Below are positions 28,350 through 42,700 of a stretch of DNA of 64,000 nucleotides, piece after piece. Positions within the stretch are counted from its first letter, which is position 1. Each line of letters starts with the position of its first letter. The notes beneath the pieces are model-generated. The model had not been told where the DNA came from, searched no databases, and saw only the letters and a program-made list of their open reading frames with translations. This DNA comes from Antedon mediterranea (taxonomy: Eukaryota > Animalia > Echinodermata). A program made the translations under genes and the position numbers. The stretch is taken from positions 22,209,605 through 22,273,604 of the forward strand of contig NC_092680.1 of the NCBI RefSeq assembly GCF_964355755.1, given 5' to 3'.

Positions 28350-28915
28350 TCCCTTTCTTGGGGTTATGAAACAACCCTGAAAGAGTGGAATTCTACGTAA
28401 AACACTAAAATAAAACAGTTTTGGTCACATCGTTAGTTGTGGTTCCCTTATAGAGTCAAAGTTATTATTGTATCAAGACACTCTGGATACTTCTCTCTTT
28501 CCTGTAGTCATGAAACAACCCGGAAAGAGTGGAATTCCACGTAAAACACTAAAATAAAACAGTTTTAGTCGACTCGTTAGTTGTTGTTTCCTTTAGAGTC
28601 CAAGTTATTATTGTATCAAGACACTCTGGATGCTTCTTTCTTTCCTGTAGTCATGAAACAACCCGGAAAGAGTGGAATTCCACGTAAAACACTAAAATAA
28701 AACTATTTTAGTCACATCGTTAGTTGTTGTTTCCTTTAGAGTCCAAGTTATTATTGTATCAAGACACTCTGGATGCTTCTTTCTTTCCTGTAGTCATGAA
28801 ACAACCCGGAAAGAGTGTCCACGTAAAAATTTAACACAAGTACAAACAAGTCAGACCATTTTTTTTCTTTAAAGTTCAAGTTATTATATAATATACAAAG
28901 GCACTCTGGATGTCT
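28350..28915. repeat. About 143-bp tandem repeat, about 4 copies, intergenic
   Basis: atgaaacaacccggaaagagtggaattccacgtaaaacactaaaataaaac recurs near 28366, 28510, 28653 and 28796. Confidence 0.85.
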
Positions 28916-29062
28916 CTTCCTTTATCCGGAGCGTATGCGGGGTGAGGACGCACACCAAAAAAGCAACACTTGTCCAAAGGGTCCACTTGTTTAGACCTAG
29001 GCCGGACATTTTAAAGGAATAGTGCAATTTATGAGGACATGCATCTCAATTTTTAAAATGTT

Positions 29063-29735
29063 CATGTTTGTGAAGTTGGTTACTAGTTCCTAAGTTCCTT
29101 ATTCAAATTCAATTAAAGGGACAGTCACAAATATTTTTTAAAACAGATTTTAATACGTAATAACTGTCTAATTGAGTTGTTATTGCATCAACATGTTAGC
29201 CTTGACCGGTTCTACTTCTTCCGGTCAAAGTTCAATAACATTTTATGCATTTACGCCCTCTACGGCGAATATGTAACTAGCTTTTACGAACGTTATAACC
29301 CTTGTTCTACTTAATATTTTCAAAATATTTTGGTATAGATCGATGACATTTTTGTATCTACGCCCTCTACGGCGAATAAGTAACTGGCTTTTACGAACGT
29401 TATAACACTTGACCTACTTAATTTTTTGGTAGAGTAGGTGAAGGGTCATCGATCTATACCAAAATATTTTGAAAATATTAAGTAGATCAAGTGTTATACG
29501 TTCGTAAAAGCTAGTTACTTATTCGCCGTAGAGGGCGTAAATGCATAAAATGTTATTGAACTTTGACCGGAAGAAGTAGAGGAGGTCAAGGCTAACATGT
29601 TGATGCAATAACAACTCAATTAGACAGTTATTACGTGTTAAAATCTGTTTTTAAAAATATTTGTGACTGTCCCTTTAATTGAATTTGAATAAGGAACTAG
29701 GAACTATAGTAACCATGAACTTCACAGACATAAAA
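29063..29735. mobile_element. Long foldback inverted repeat / MITE-like element
   Basis: Near-perfect arms of about 280 bp (29063-29345 vs 29447-29735) containing TTAA-AGGGACAGTC..GACTGTCCCT-TTAA. Confidence 0.75.
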
Positions 29736-30737
29736 TGTTCTTAGCTGAGTCAAGTGCACTTAGTTGCCAAAGTGCGAGCCATGAGAGGCAAGCTCTGTCG
29801 AGTGAGTGTTGTGCACGTCGATAACACGAATGTCATGAGTTCGGATCCGATGAAAAGCTAATGCATGTTAGTGGCCACAACTGTGCCATTGTGTCCATTG
29901 AACACATACAATTTTGTTTATGTCCACATTTACTTAATTCTTTTTCTTGTATGGATTGTCACTATGAGGAGGGCGACGGTGACGGACTTGTCTCAGTAGT
30001 CAGCTATGTCGTCCCTCGACCAAATTATATTCTTTGTTGGTTTTTTTGTTATTTGTTTTGTGTGTGTGTATTTCATAATTTTATTCTGTTGAAATACCGT
30101 GGTCGCATGAATTGCATGCATTCCATGCCTCGCTGGCTCGCACATTGCTCTTACTTGTTTTACTTGTAATCCCTCATAATTGGAGACATGTCATTTCAAA
30201 TTACTGGGCTAGCGGAGCTATATTTTTTCAAAATAGTCTTAACTCATCCCCCAATCATGGTACGTTGGATTGAGGTATTGAAGACTCTTAATTAGGCTGC
30301 TATTCGTTTCATATTATCAAATTAAATTTGAACAAGAGTTGAGTTTTATGTCCAAAAAAGAACTTATACAGTAGTTAGATTGCATCACAAATTAGACTTT
30401 CGTACAGACGTCCTGTGGTTGAAACCTTGTCGACCATAATTTAATATGGTACCGATATGGTATTAAAGTTCTGACCGGCTATAATAAGTCTTTTAAAAAA
30501 TACTTTAAAAATACCTCTTATTATTAAATTTAATTAATGTATAAACGCTTTACAGTAAAATAAATTATCGTGTTACAATTTTAATTTTTAACATAATTAT
30601 AATTATTCTAAAAGATAATATTTGAATCTAAGCCTATATAGGCCTAGATGGTAATATTTTAATAGGTGTGTGTGTTCTGCCATTTTAGCAAAATAGGATC
30701 GTCGTCGTATCGAAAAAGTAATTATAAATTGTATGCA

Positions 30738-33700
30738 ATGGCAAAGAAAACCTATGATTTGTTGTTTAAACTTCTACTTATTGGAGATTCTGGTGTAGGA
30801 AAAACGTGTATATTGTTCAGGTTTTCAGACGACACCTTTAACACGACGTTTATATCAACTATAGGTAAGGTTCCTATCTCTTTTTCTAGGCCCAGTTTTT
30901 AGTAAGAAGGCTAGCCTAGATAAGCGGAGAGGTAGGGTGGAAAAGACATAAAGTACGTCGTATAGCGAGGCGATCACGCCCTTACCTCAACGTTTTCCGA
31001 CTGGCAATCAAGTACTGTATACGAACAAAATGAGAACTCTTTGCCACTACAAAATCATTTGAATTGGTAAAACAATCAACAATATAGCCTACAAATTGTT
31101 TTTAATTTTTAAAATAATTATTTTTTAGTTAGGCCGCTAGCCTATAAATAATACTAATAGTAGATAGGCTTAGTTAGGGCCTAGTAGAGGCCTAGCTATG
31201 GCCGACCTATCTAAGGAGGGTTCACCTAAGGCTAGGCTAGATTGTACTACTATCTAGACAGGCCATCACCACATTACATTGCTTTTAGATACAGTGTTTA
31301 CGTCTTATGGTATCGTTAGGTATCCTTAACGTTTGTAAATAAAAAGGTTTGTGAAACAAGTATGAATCTATCTAGATTTTAAATAAGTACTTCAAATTAA
31401 ACTATTACCAGATTATGGTAGCGTATTAACTCATCATACAGTATTAGCGGAGTACAGTGAAAAATGTAATTAAAATGTAAAGCAAGTAATTCTTATTCGT
31501 TTATTGCAAATGGAATCAAATCAGCATACAAAAACATGCAAAAATAAATACTGACAATGAGATGCTACTAGTTACTGTCAGTTTTCATCTGAAGACATAT
31601 TGCTGTCATTGAATGGTATCAGTTGACTTCACTGCTGGTGTGTAACTGGAGATCTACGTTTATAACATGTTATAAAATTTTTGATTTATATAACATTGAG
31701 CTATGTTATTGATTAAACTAACTGTATATTGTACAACATGTAGTATTCTTTAGAGCAGCGTTCAGCAAAAAACTTTTGTTTTGCGGCCTAAAATCCGTTT
31801 CCTGGGACCAAAGTGACTGTACACTAGTAGAGGCCAACCACACTGTGGTCAATGCGAAATCTAAAATGGTAGATGGGACACATAAATGAACTGAATCTGA
31901 TGAACAGTAGAGGCCAATCACAATGTGGTCGACGCCAAATCTAAAATGGTAGACGGGACACAATAAGTGAACTGAATCTGATGAACAGTAGAGGCCAATC
32001 ACAATGTGGTCGACGGCAAATCTAAAATGATAGACAGGACACAGTGAACTGAATCTGATGAACAGTAGAGGCCAATCACAATTTGGTCGATGCCAAGTCT
32101 AAAATGATAGACAGGACACATAAGTGAACTGAATCTGATGAACAGTAGAGGCCAATCACAATTTGGTCGACGGCAAATCTAAAATGGTAGACGGGACACA
32201 ATAAGTGAACTAAATCTGATGAACAGTAGAGGCCAATCACAATTTGGTCGATGCCAAGTCTAAAATGATAGACAGGACACATAAGTGAACTGAATCTGAT
32301 GAACAGTAGAGGCCAATCACAATTTGGTCGACGGCAAATCTAAAATGATAGACAGGACACATAAGTGAACTGAATCTGATGAACAGTAGAGGCCAATCAC
32401 AATTTGGTCGATGCCAAGTCTAAAGTCTAAATACACTGACCCCTTCTATAGTTTATAGCTATCCAGTACACTGACCCCTTCTATAGTTAGCTATCCTGTA
32501 CACTGACCCATTCTATAGTTAGCTATCCTGTACACTGACCCATTCTATAGTTTATAGCTATCCTGTACACTGACCCCTTCTATAGTTAGCTATCCTGTAC
32601 ACTGACCCCTTCTATAGTTTATAGCTATCCTGTACACTGACCCCTTCTATAGTTTATAGCTATCCTGTACACTGACCCCTTCTATAGTTTATAGCTATCC
32701 TGTACACTGACCCCTTCTATAGTTAGCTATTTATCCTGTACACTTACCCCTTCTATAGTTTATAGCTATCCTGTACACTGACCCCTTCTATAGTTTATAG
32801 CTATCCTGTACACTGACCCCTTCTATAGTTAGCTATTTATCCTGTACACTGACCCCTTCTATAGTTTATAGCTATCCTGTACACTGACCCCTTCTATAGT
32901 TTATAGCTATCCTGTACACTGACCCCTTCTATAGTTTATAGCTATCCTGTACACTGACCCCTTCTATAGTTTATAGCTATCCTGTACACTGACCCCTTCT
33001 ATAGTTTATAGCTATCCTGTACACTGACCCCTTCTATAGTTTATAGCTATCCTGTACACTGACCCCTTCTATAGTTTATAGCTATCCTGTACACTGACCC
33101 CTTCTATAGTTTATAGCTATCCTGTACACTGACCCCTTCTATAGTTTATAGCTATCCTGTACACTGACCCCTTCTATAGTTTATAGCTATCCTGTACACT
33201 GACCCCTTCTATAGTTTATAGCTATCCTGTACACTGACCCATTCTATAGTTTATAGCTATCTTGTACACTGACCCCTTCTATAGTTTATAGCTATCCTGT
33301 ACACTGACCCCTTCTATAGTTTATAGCTATCCTGTACACTGACCCCTTCTATAGTTTATAGCTATCCTGTACACTGACCCATTCTATAGTTTATAGCTAT
33401 CCTGTACACTGACCCATTCTATAGTTTATAGCTATCTTGTACACTGACCCCTTCTATAGTTTATAGCTATCCTGTACACTGACCCCTTCTATAGTTTATA
33501 GCTATCCTGTACACTGACCCCTTCTATAGTTTATAGCTATCCTGTACACTGACCCATTCTATAGTTTATAGCTATCCTGTACACTGACCCATTCTATAGT
33601 TTATAGCTATCCTGTACACTGACCCATTCTATAGTTTATAGCTATCTTGTACACTGACCCCTTCTATAGTTTATAGCTATCCTGTACACTGACCCCTTCT

Positions 33701-36700
33701 ATAGTTAAAAGCTATCCTGTACACTGACCCCTTCTATAGTTAAAAGCTATCCAGTACACTGACCCCTTCTATAGTTTATAGCTATCCTGTACACTGACCC
33801 CTTCTATAGTTTATAGCTATCCTGTACACTGACCCCTTCTATAGTTTATAGCTATCCTGTACACTGACCCCTTCTATAGTTTATAGCTATCCTGTACACT
33901 GACCCATTCTATAGTTTATAGCTATCCTCTGTACACTGACCCCTTCTATAGTTTATAGCTATCCTGTACACTGACCCCTTCTATAGTTTATAGCTATCCT
34001 GTACACTGACCCCTTCTATAGTTAAAAGCTATCCAGTACACTGACCCCTTCTATAGTTAAAAGCTATCCTGTACACTGACCCCTTCTATAGTTAAAAGCT
34101 ATCCAGTACACTGACCCCTTCTATAGTTTATAGCTATCTTGTACACTGACCCCTTCTATAGTTTATAGCTATCAATTTTTTATCATTATTTTGAATACAG
34201 TAAACACAATTTTATGATCCTTGATTAATGTTTCCCTTCAGTTTCACTTATCTTCTTTACTATCCAGTGTAAAAAAACATATTCCATAAGAAGTTTGATT
34301 GATAGGTCTGTAGTGTTACCAGACTGTATCTGGCAAAGTGAATAAAAAATAGGTTAGGGCATGGAGATTTCTCCATAGTTAGGGTAATTCCAGGTTCTCT
34401 GAATTTATATATGTTTATTGATATTTAGTGTTTGGCGCCCTCTAACTTATGTTCTTGATAACTCTTTGCTTTCAGACCAAAGTTCTAAAGTACTATAGCT
34501 CTTACTCAAGTTGTGCCTTTGTGTGTAATTATAAGTACCAATTGCTTTCAAAATTCTATTCAAAATCTAACTGTACAGGTAGTAGTTTCCAATTCCCAAT
34601 GTTTATATTCCAATACATTATTATCAATCATCAATAATTCGGAATGTGTTTTATATTTCATTTAAATTTGTGTAAGATGGACTGCTATAGAAAAGCATTA
34701 AAGGATGATACGGTTTACAATACTTCATGTCACTGGTCATCAATTAAATGACACAAGTTGACCTACTCATTCAGCTTTTTTAATTTTAATAGAGATTTTC
34801 ATAAGAAGTTTTTCCATTGAAATTATATTCCCCTTTTTTTGTACTCTTTTTTTGTAATTTGTATTTTACCTGAATAATGAAATGAAAGGAAATACAGTAA
34901 TGCCCAATCACCACAGATGAATCCATGTTGACCTTACACTTGGAGAATTTCTGTTTGTGATTTTTAAAAATACTTGCTTATCATTTTGTTCATTTCCTGT
35001 TCATAAGTTTCAGTTTTGATAGATACTGTACACTATTGTCTGCTGTCATATCATTATTAATATAACTTCAGTCTCGGCATTTTTATTCTGGCAATTGGTA
35101 CTTAATGTCATAGGTTAACAGGATGAGGTAAATAAGGTCAGGGTCTTATTCCCATGTTGAGTGCAGAACCTGATAGAATTTGTTGGTGCGGAAGAAACTT
35201 TAACAATCGGAAGTTTTAAAGTTATGATCATATTTTGTGGAGTTGCTTTGCAGAATGTTAAAACAACGACTTCCTTATGGGAAAGGATTTGACAACAGTT
35301 TAATAATACTATAGTACTGTAGCTTTATCATATTAACTTTTGATGCTTGTAAAATGGTGGAGAAAGACAAGAACCGTAAAGATTATGATCATTTATTTAG
35401 ATTTTTAATGGTAGGAGATTCAACTATTGGGAAATCCAGCTTAGTACGTCGATTTACAGAAAATGAGTTTAGCTTTGATTTTGTGGCTACAATTGGTATG
35501 TATAGTATTACAAAATATTATATCAATTTTCAATACACTTTGTAAAAATATAAAACTATTAATTATTAAATAAACAACAAACTAATACTGAAGTCAGTAG
35601 ACAACTGTGCATGGTCTCATCCATTAAGATGCTGTTGCCCTGGTAACAATCACATTAATGTTTCCATACTTGAACTTAAATCTTTTTTTTTTTTACATGA
35701 ATACAATATCAAGAATTTGCTGTACAATTAACATTAGTTAACAACTCCCTGGTTGTAGAACAGAGCCATTTAGAAAAAGTTTACATATATACAGTACTGA
35801 AATGAATCAATGTCATTGTCATATGACTCAACCAGTCTCAATTGGGTGTTACTGAACAAGTTTTATACTGGAGTACTATTTAGAAAATTAACTTTCAGAT
35901 TCTACAGTATTTATGTAATAAAACGTTGTACTCTATAGTTGAATTTTATGTATTCTTGGCCAGCTAGACCTTGGTCTAGTATTTGATGTACTGTATATGG
36001 CGCTCTGGTCGTTTTTGGAAGGGCACCTTATAAATAAATATAGCAAAACAAAATGTCATGGCATACTGTATGACATGTCCTACAGTAAATTATGTGCTTG
36101 ACCAGAATATTAGGCCTAAACTGTGTTAGGCCAACTAGACCTGGTCATACTACTGTAATAGCCTAACAAAATACCTGGCCAACATGTCCTACATTAAAGT
36201 ATGTGCTTGACCAGAATATTAGGCCTAAACTGTGTTAAGGCCAACTAGACCTGGTCATACTACTGTAATAGCCTAACAAAATACCTGGCCAACATGTCCT
36301 ACATTAAAATATGTGCTTGACCAGAATATTAGGCCTAAACTGTGTTAGGCCAACTAGACCTGGTCATACTACTGTAATAGCCTAACAAAATACCTGGCCA
36401 ACATGTCCTACATTAAAGTACTGTATGTGCTTGACCAGAATATTAGGCCTAAACTGTGTTAGGCCAACTAGACCTGGTCATACTACTGTAAGTAATAGCC
36501 TAACAAAATACCTGGCCAACCTGTCCTACATTAAATTATGTGCTTGACCAGAATATTATTCCTAAGCTGTGTTAAGGCCAACTAGACCTGGTCATACTAC
36601 TGTAAAATAGCCTAACAAAATACCTGGCCAACATGTCCTTACATTAAATTATGTGCTTGACCAGAATATTAGGCCTAAACTATGTTAGGCCAACTAGACC

Positions 36701-39700
36701 TGGTCATACTACTGTAATAGCCTAACAAAATACCTGGCCAACATGTCCTACAGTAAATAATACATGTCAAAGGTCAATAATTACATTCTAAGTACTGGAG
36801 TAATGAAATTTTGTATAAAACATGATTTAGTTGCTTTATTGACTTTCATTGTTAGTTTTACTTTCAAAACCAAAACAGATTTGTTTATGCGGATTTTCAA
36901 TTAGTCTACACTAGAATACTATACAGATGAGATACTATCAGTCAAAATGTTAAAATAAAAATGATTTTAAGTTTGCTTGTGATTGGAGACTCAATAGTTG
37001 GAAAATCTAGCTTAATAATGAGATTTGTTGATAGACACTGTATAAACCCATTTACTACAATCGGTAAGTACAGTAACACAATGTGTGCATTTATGTACCC
37101 ACAGGTTTTTAAAAATAAATGGAGGATGATACACAAATCTAAATAAATAAGACTTTTTATTGTTCAATATTTGTCTCATGCGGCCCACTATTAAAGACTA
37201 CTGTATTAAATGTGATTCAAACGTGAACATTTGAGATTTTAGAGTCTCTGCTTTACATTTTAATTTCAAATATTAAATGGTTGGCTTTATTTTATGACAA
37301 CTTACTTCCTGCTTTGTGTTGTTCAACAAAAAATTATGATTATACAGAGAGTATTGCTGTGTGTCCCTAGTCTAAATTATGATGATTATACAGAGAGTAT
37401 TGCTGTGTGTCCCTAGTCTAAATTATGATGATTATACAGAGAGTATTGCTGTGTGTCCCTAGTCTAAATTATGATGATTATACAGAGAGTATTGCTGTGT
37501 GTCCCTAGTCTAAATTATGATGATTATACAGAGAGTATTGCTGTGTGTCCCTAGTCTAAATTAGGATGATTATACAGAGAGTATTGCTGTGTGTCCCTAG
37601 TCTAAATTATGATGATTATACAGAGAGTATTGCTGTGTGTCCCTAGTCTAAATTATGATGATTATACAGAGAGTATTGCTGTGTGTCCCTAGTCTAAATT
37701 ATGATGATTATACAGAGAGTCACTAGTCTAATTAATTGTTTTTAATTTATTATTTGGAAAAAATGAAGCAGCAAACTAACAAAATGTGTTTTCCTATTTC
37801 CATTGATTTAAGTTATTGACTACAGTAGTGACATTTATAAATTTGACACCGTGTGTCAACTTATGGTATCTGTGGTGTATAGTGTTCAGACACAACGTTT
37901 ACCAACGACACTGTGTGTCAACTCATGGTATCTGTGGTGTATAGTGTTCAGACACAACGTTTACCAACGACACTGTGTGTCAACTCATGGTATCTGTGGT
38001 GTATAGTGTTCAGACACAACGTTTACCAACGACACTGTGTGTCAACTCATGGTATCTTTGGTGTCTAGTGTTCAGACACAACGTTTACCAACGACACTGT
38101 GTGTCAACTCATGGTATCTTTGGTGTCTAGTGTTCAGACACAACATTTACCAACGACACTGTGTGTCAACTCATGGTATCTTTGGTGTCTAGTGTTCAGA
38201 CACAGCGATTACCAACGACACTGTGTGTCAACTCATGGTATCTGTGGTGTATAGTGTTCAGACACAACGTACCAACGACACTGTGTGTCAACTCATGGTA
38301 TCTTTGGTGTCTAGTGTTCAGACACAGCGATTACCAACGACACTGTGTGTCAACTCATGGTATCTTTGGTGTCTAGTGTTCAGACACAGCGATTACCACA
38401 AAGAAAGTAAAGTACACAGCAGCTTCAGAGTGGATTGCAGAATTTAAATTACATAATTTATTACTCATAAACATCCAATGTCAACATAATGATTTGATTA
38501 TTATTATCTGCATGTTATTTTTAAGCTATGTACTATGTATGACACATGTAGTTGTTTCCTTCTAGCAAAATATAATCAGGATCTTCAAAAGTACTTATTT
38601 CCTGTATATCATCAAGTTTATTGGTGTTCCTACTGATAACACAATCAGTTCACTTTAAGAAACAGTATCCTGCTGTGGAGCTTTGTCATTTGATACCAAA
38701 ATGAATGTAGTGCCTTCTATTGGCAGCCATGATGGCTACAACAGGTCATGTTGTTTGAAGTAGTAGAAATCTTCAAGTTCATGTGATATTATTTTAGGAA
38801 GCATTGTGCCCTGTGTTGTGCTATATTATTTTAGGAAGCATTGTGCCCTGTCTTGTGGATTTGTTACAATTTGGAACTCTTTTTTTGTGTGCAATGAGTT
38901 TGGATTCCAGTTTGTTTACACTGATGGATGATACAATTCCAACAATGGAGACAAATATTGAAATACTGTAAACAAGTAAATTTCAGTATGTATGATAATA
39001 GACAGAAGGGAAGTTTGACTTTCCAACTTAGCCGTGAGTGGGGTCAAAATTGTAGACCTTACGACAAACTCTTAAAATTAATAATTATTGGCGATTCAAG
39101 TGTTGGTAAATCTTGTATTCTTGATCGATTTAGCCGGGATATTTTCCGACCTTCTGGTATTGAAATTCAGATAGGTAAGATAATTTATTGTGTAATGTAA
39201 TTGATCATTTGGAAAATGTTAGTTGATTGACCGTCAGTATAGTACAGTAGTAGATTAAAATCTAGAGAGTTAGCCTATTTTAGTACATGGCTAACAGTAA
39301 CACTAATGATATAATTCTCTTTCTAGGTAGGCTTTAAACTAGGCTTTATTACATGGATAATGTTACAGTAAGGAAATATCTATTAAACCTGAGAATCAAA
39401 ATGTAGTTGGGTTGCCCTGATAATTTTACAGTTACAGTACATGAAATAATCTATTTATGAATCTGAGAATGACAATGGAGTTTTGGTTGCCCTAATCATT
39501 TTACAGTACATGAAATAATCTATTAACCCTGAGAATGACAATGTAGTTTTGGTTGCCCTAATCATTTTACAGTACATGAAATAATCTATTAACCCTGAGA
39601 ATGACAATGTAGTTTTGGTTGCCCTAATCATTTTACAGTACAGTACATGAAATAATCTATTAACCCTAAGAATGACAATGTAGTTTTGGTTGCCCTAATC

Positions 39701-42700
39701 ATTTTACAGTACAGTACATGAAATAATCTATTAACCCTGACAATCAAAATGTAGTGGTTTGATGTACAGTAGGCCTACAATATTACCCATGGATCATTGT
39801 ACATAAAAATACTGTTCATTTGGTTGATTATTCTAATATGGGCTTTAACGTACAGTTGGAACATTATCTCATACTTAGTTTATTTCTTTATTTCAACAAG
39901 AAGATTGTCAATCCAGCAGAGCCCAAAGATGGTTATTGGGGACCCTCAGTTAACAATACAATTTGACATTACAATGATTGTAACAGACAAACAACAATTA
40001 AAATTAAATTAAAATAAATAATAATTATTGTCAGCCTATCTGAGAATTAAGCCTAATTTAAGTGAATAACAACTTGTTGTTGTGATACAGCATAGTATTG
40101 CAATATCCAAGTGATGTTTACACTACGAACAAGGTCATAATATTGTAATATAATAGCATGCAGGTCATGTATCATGTATTTAAAAGTAGCAATATTAGGA
40201 TGTCAAGTAAAGTAATAAAGGAAATACATAATATACAAACAAAATCATTATTCTTGAAATAAAAAGAAATAAGCCTGTAGTCTGTTTCAGTATACTGTAT
40301 TACTATACTAAACACTATCAAGAATTGTGTAGATTTTGAGATTTGGTATCGGCTGATTTTGATATGCGACTGTTTGCTTACCTCACACTTGTTGTATGGT
40401 ATTATTGTGGAATGCTTCCTCTTCTCACATTCTATACTGTAGCTTGTAGTATATACCTAGTCATCAAACAATTGTACAACAAAAACCAGTGGTTGTCAAA
40501 AGAGTTATAGTTGAATGGTTTTTTATAATACACCATCCCAACATTGATTAGCTGGCTGGTGTTTGGTACAACAGTAAAACTGGAAGCAATGAAAACTGGT
40601 TTTAACAGAGTACTTATTGTAAAAGACATACATGACCATGGCATTATAGTTTGAGGTAAGCTGGCCAGAGGCTAAGCCTCTAACATGAGGGAATCTATCA
40701 TTAAATTGATGTTACTTGGAGACTCAACTGTTGGCAAAACATCTATCATGTTTAAGTATATCTATGATGATTACGAGTTTACGAACTTAACAACTATAGG
40801 TAAGTACTCAGTTTCCTGGTACAGTAGTTATGTCATTGTTAGTCTTTGATTTATTATAACTTATTCTTAATATTATTGTTGTTTGTAAAAGTCACAGTAA
40901 TACTGTATTATACACATTAGGCAAAGAACATTAATTCTAAACTGCCCGGTGATAATACTGTATATATAAATATCAATAGCTGGGCTGACAATTCAATCAA
41001 ATTTTACTTTGGTTTATAGCTTTATTATAATACAAGTTTGTACTGTGTTGAAAGCAGACCATGATCACTCCATTTTGAAATGTTAAATAGATGATGTTCA
41101 ATAAATGGTTTAAATGTAACTTGAAAGTCGGTTATTAGCTACCTGGATTTTCATTGTTTATACGCAAGACTTGACTTTGCAAATTAGTATTTAACTTGCC
41201 CGATACTAATACTAATAGGCATGTTCTGAAAAGAATTATTTCCTATTCTCAGTTCTACTAAAACACAAAATAATAACCATACATCTACTGTACACTGAAT
41301 CATAAAAGTGGAATTTCAAAAATGATTGAGGTGTTTAAGGAAAGAACCATCCTAGAGCCCATCATTGTCTTCCCTGCCCACTTTAACAATGGTAGTGTCC
41401 ACAATGGGTGGTTAATGACCTACACTTTGAAAGCAAGGCATGCTTGTTGCAGTGCTCAAAGTACATGCATTACCCCACTTTAACAATGGTAGTGTCCACT
41501 ATGGGTGGTAATGTTTTGGTGGTTAATGTCCTACACTTTGAAAGCAAAGCATGATTATTGTGGCAGTGCTCAAAGTACATGCATTACCCCACTTTAACAA
41601 TGGTAGTGTCCACAATGGGTTGTTAATGACCTACACTTTGAAAGCAAGGCATGCTTGTTGCTGTGCTCAAAGTACATGCATTACCCCAGTTTAACAATGG
41701 TAGTGTCCACTATGGGTGGTTAATGTTCTGGTGGTTAATGTCCTACACTTTGAAAGCAAGGCATGCTTGTTGCAGTGCTCAAAGTACATGCATTACCCCA
41801 CTTTAATAATGGTAGTGTCCACTATGGGTGGTTAATGTTCTGGTGGTTTAATGTCCTACACTTTGAAAGCAAAGCATGATTATTGTTGCAGTGCTCAAAG
41901 TACATGCATTACCCCACTTTAATAATGGTAGTGTCCACTATGGGTGGTTAATGTCCTACACTTTGAAAGCAAAGCATGCTTGTGGCAGTGCTCAAAGTAC
42001 ATCCATTACCCCACTTTAACAATGGTAGTGTCCACTATGGGTGGTTAATGTTCTGGTGGTTAATGTCCTACACTTTGAAAGCAAAGCATGATTATTGTGG
42101 CAGTGCTCAAAGTACATGCATTACCCCACTTTAACAATGGTAGTGTCCACTATGGGTGATTAATGTTCTGGTGGTTATTGTCTTTGTCCGTCCAGTGGTT
42201 AATGTCCTACACTTTGAAAGCAAAGCATGATTATTGTTGCAGTGCTCAAAGTACATCCATTACCCCACTTTAACAATGGTAGTGTCCACTATGGATGGTT
42301 AATGTTCTGGTGGTTATTGTCTCTGTCCATCCAGTGGTTAATGTCCTACACTTTGAAAGCAAAGCATGATTATTGTTGCAGTGCTCAAAGTACATCCATT
42401 ACCCCACTTTAACAATAGTAGTGTCCACTATGGGTGTTTAATTGTCGTATTCGATTGGGAACTTTCATTGTCAACGTAAAGATTCGTTAAGTACTTTTTG
42501 TATTCGAATTGTAAATTTGTGCTCAACAGAAAGTCATTTGAATAGAAAACGTTGACAACGAAAGCTTTTTCGTTAAGAACAATCTCAACGCTCAAAATAC
42601 TCCATTAAAAAGTACTCAACGGAAAAACTACTCAGCGGGCCACTCGAATACGACAAATGTTCTGGTGGTTATTGTCTCTGTCCGTCCAGTGGTTAATGTC

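Noticed and set aside
31825-38400. CRISPR-like arrays
   Set aside because: Contiguous tandem units without unique spacers, in a eukaryotic intron with no cas genes.
39920-39990. [10 protein letters not shown] as a possible further Rab cassette
   Set aside because: No GK[ST] motif, no switch I match and no appropriately placed donor.
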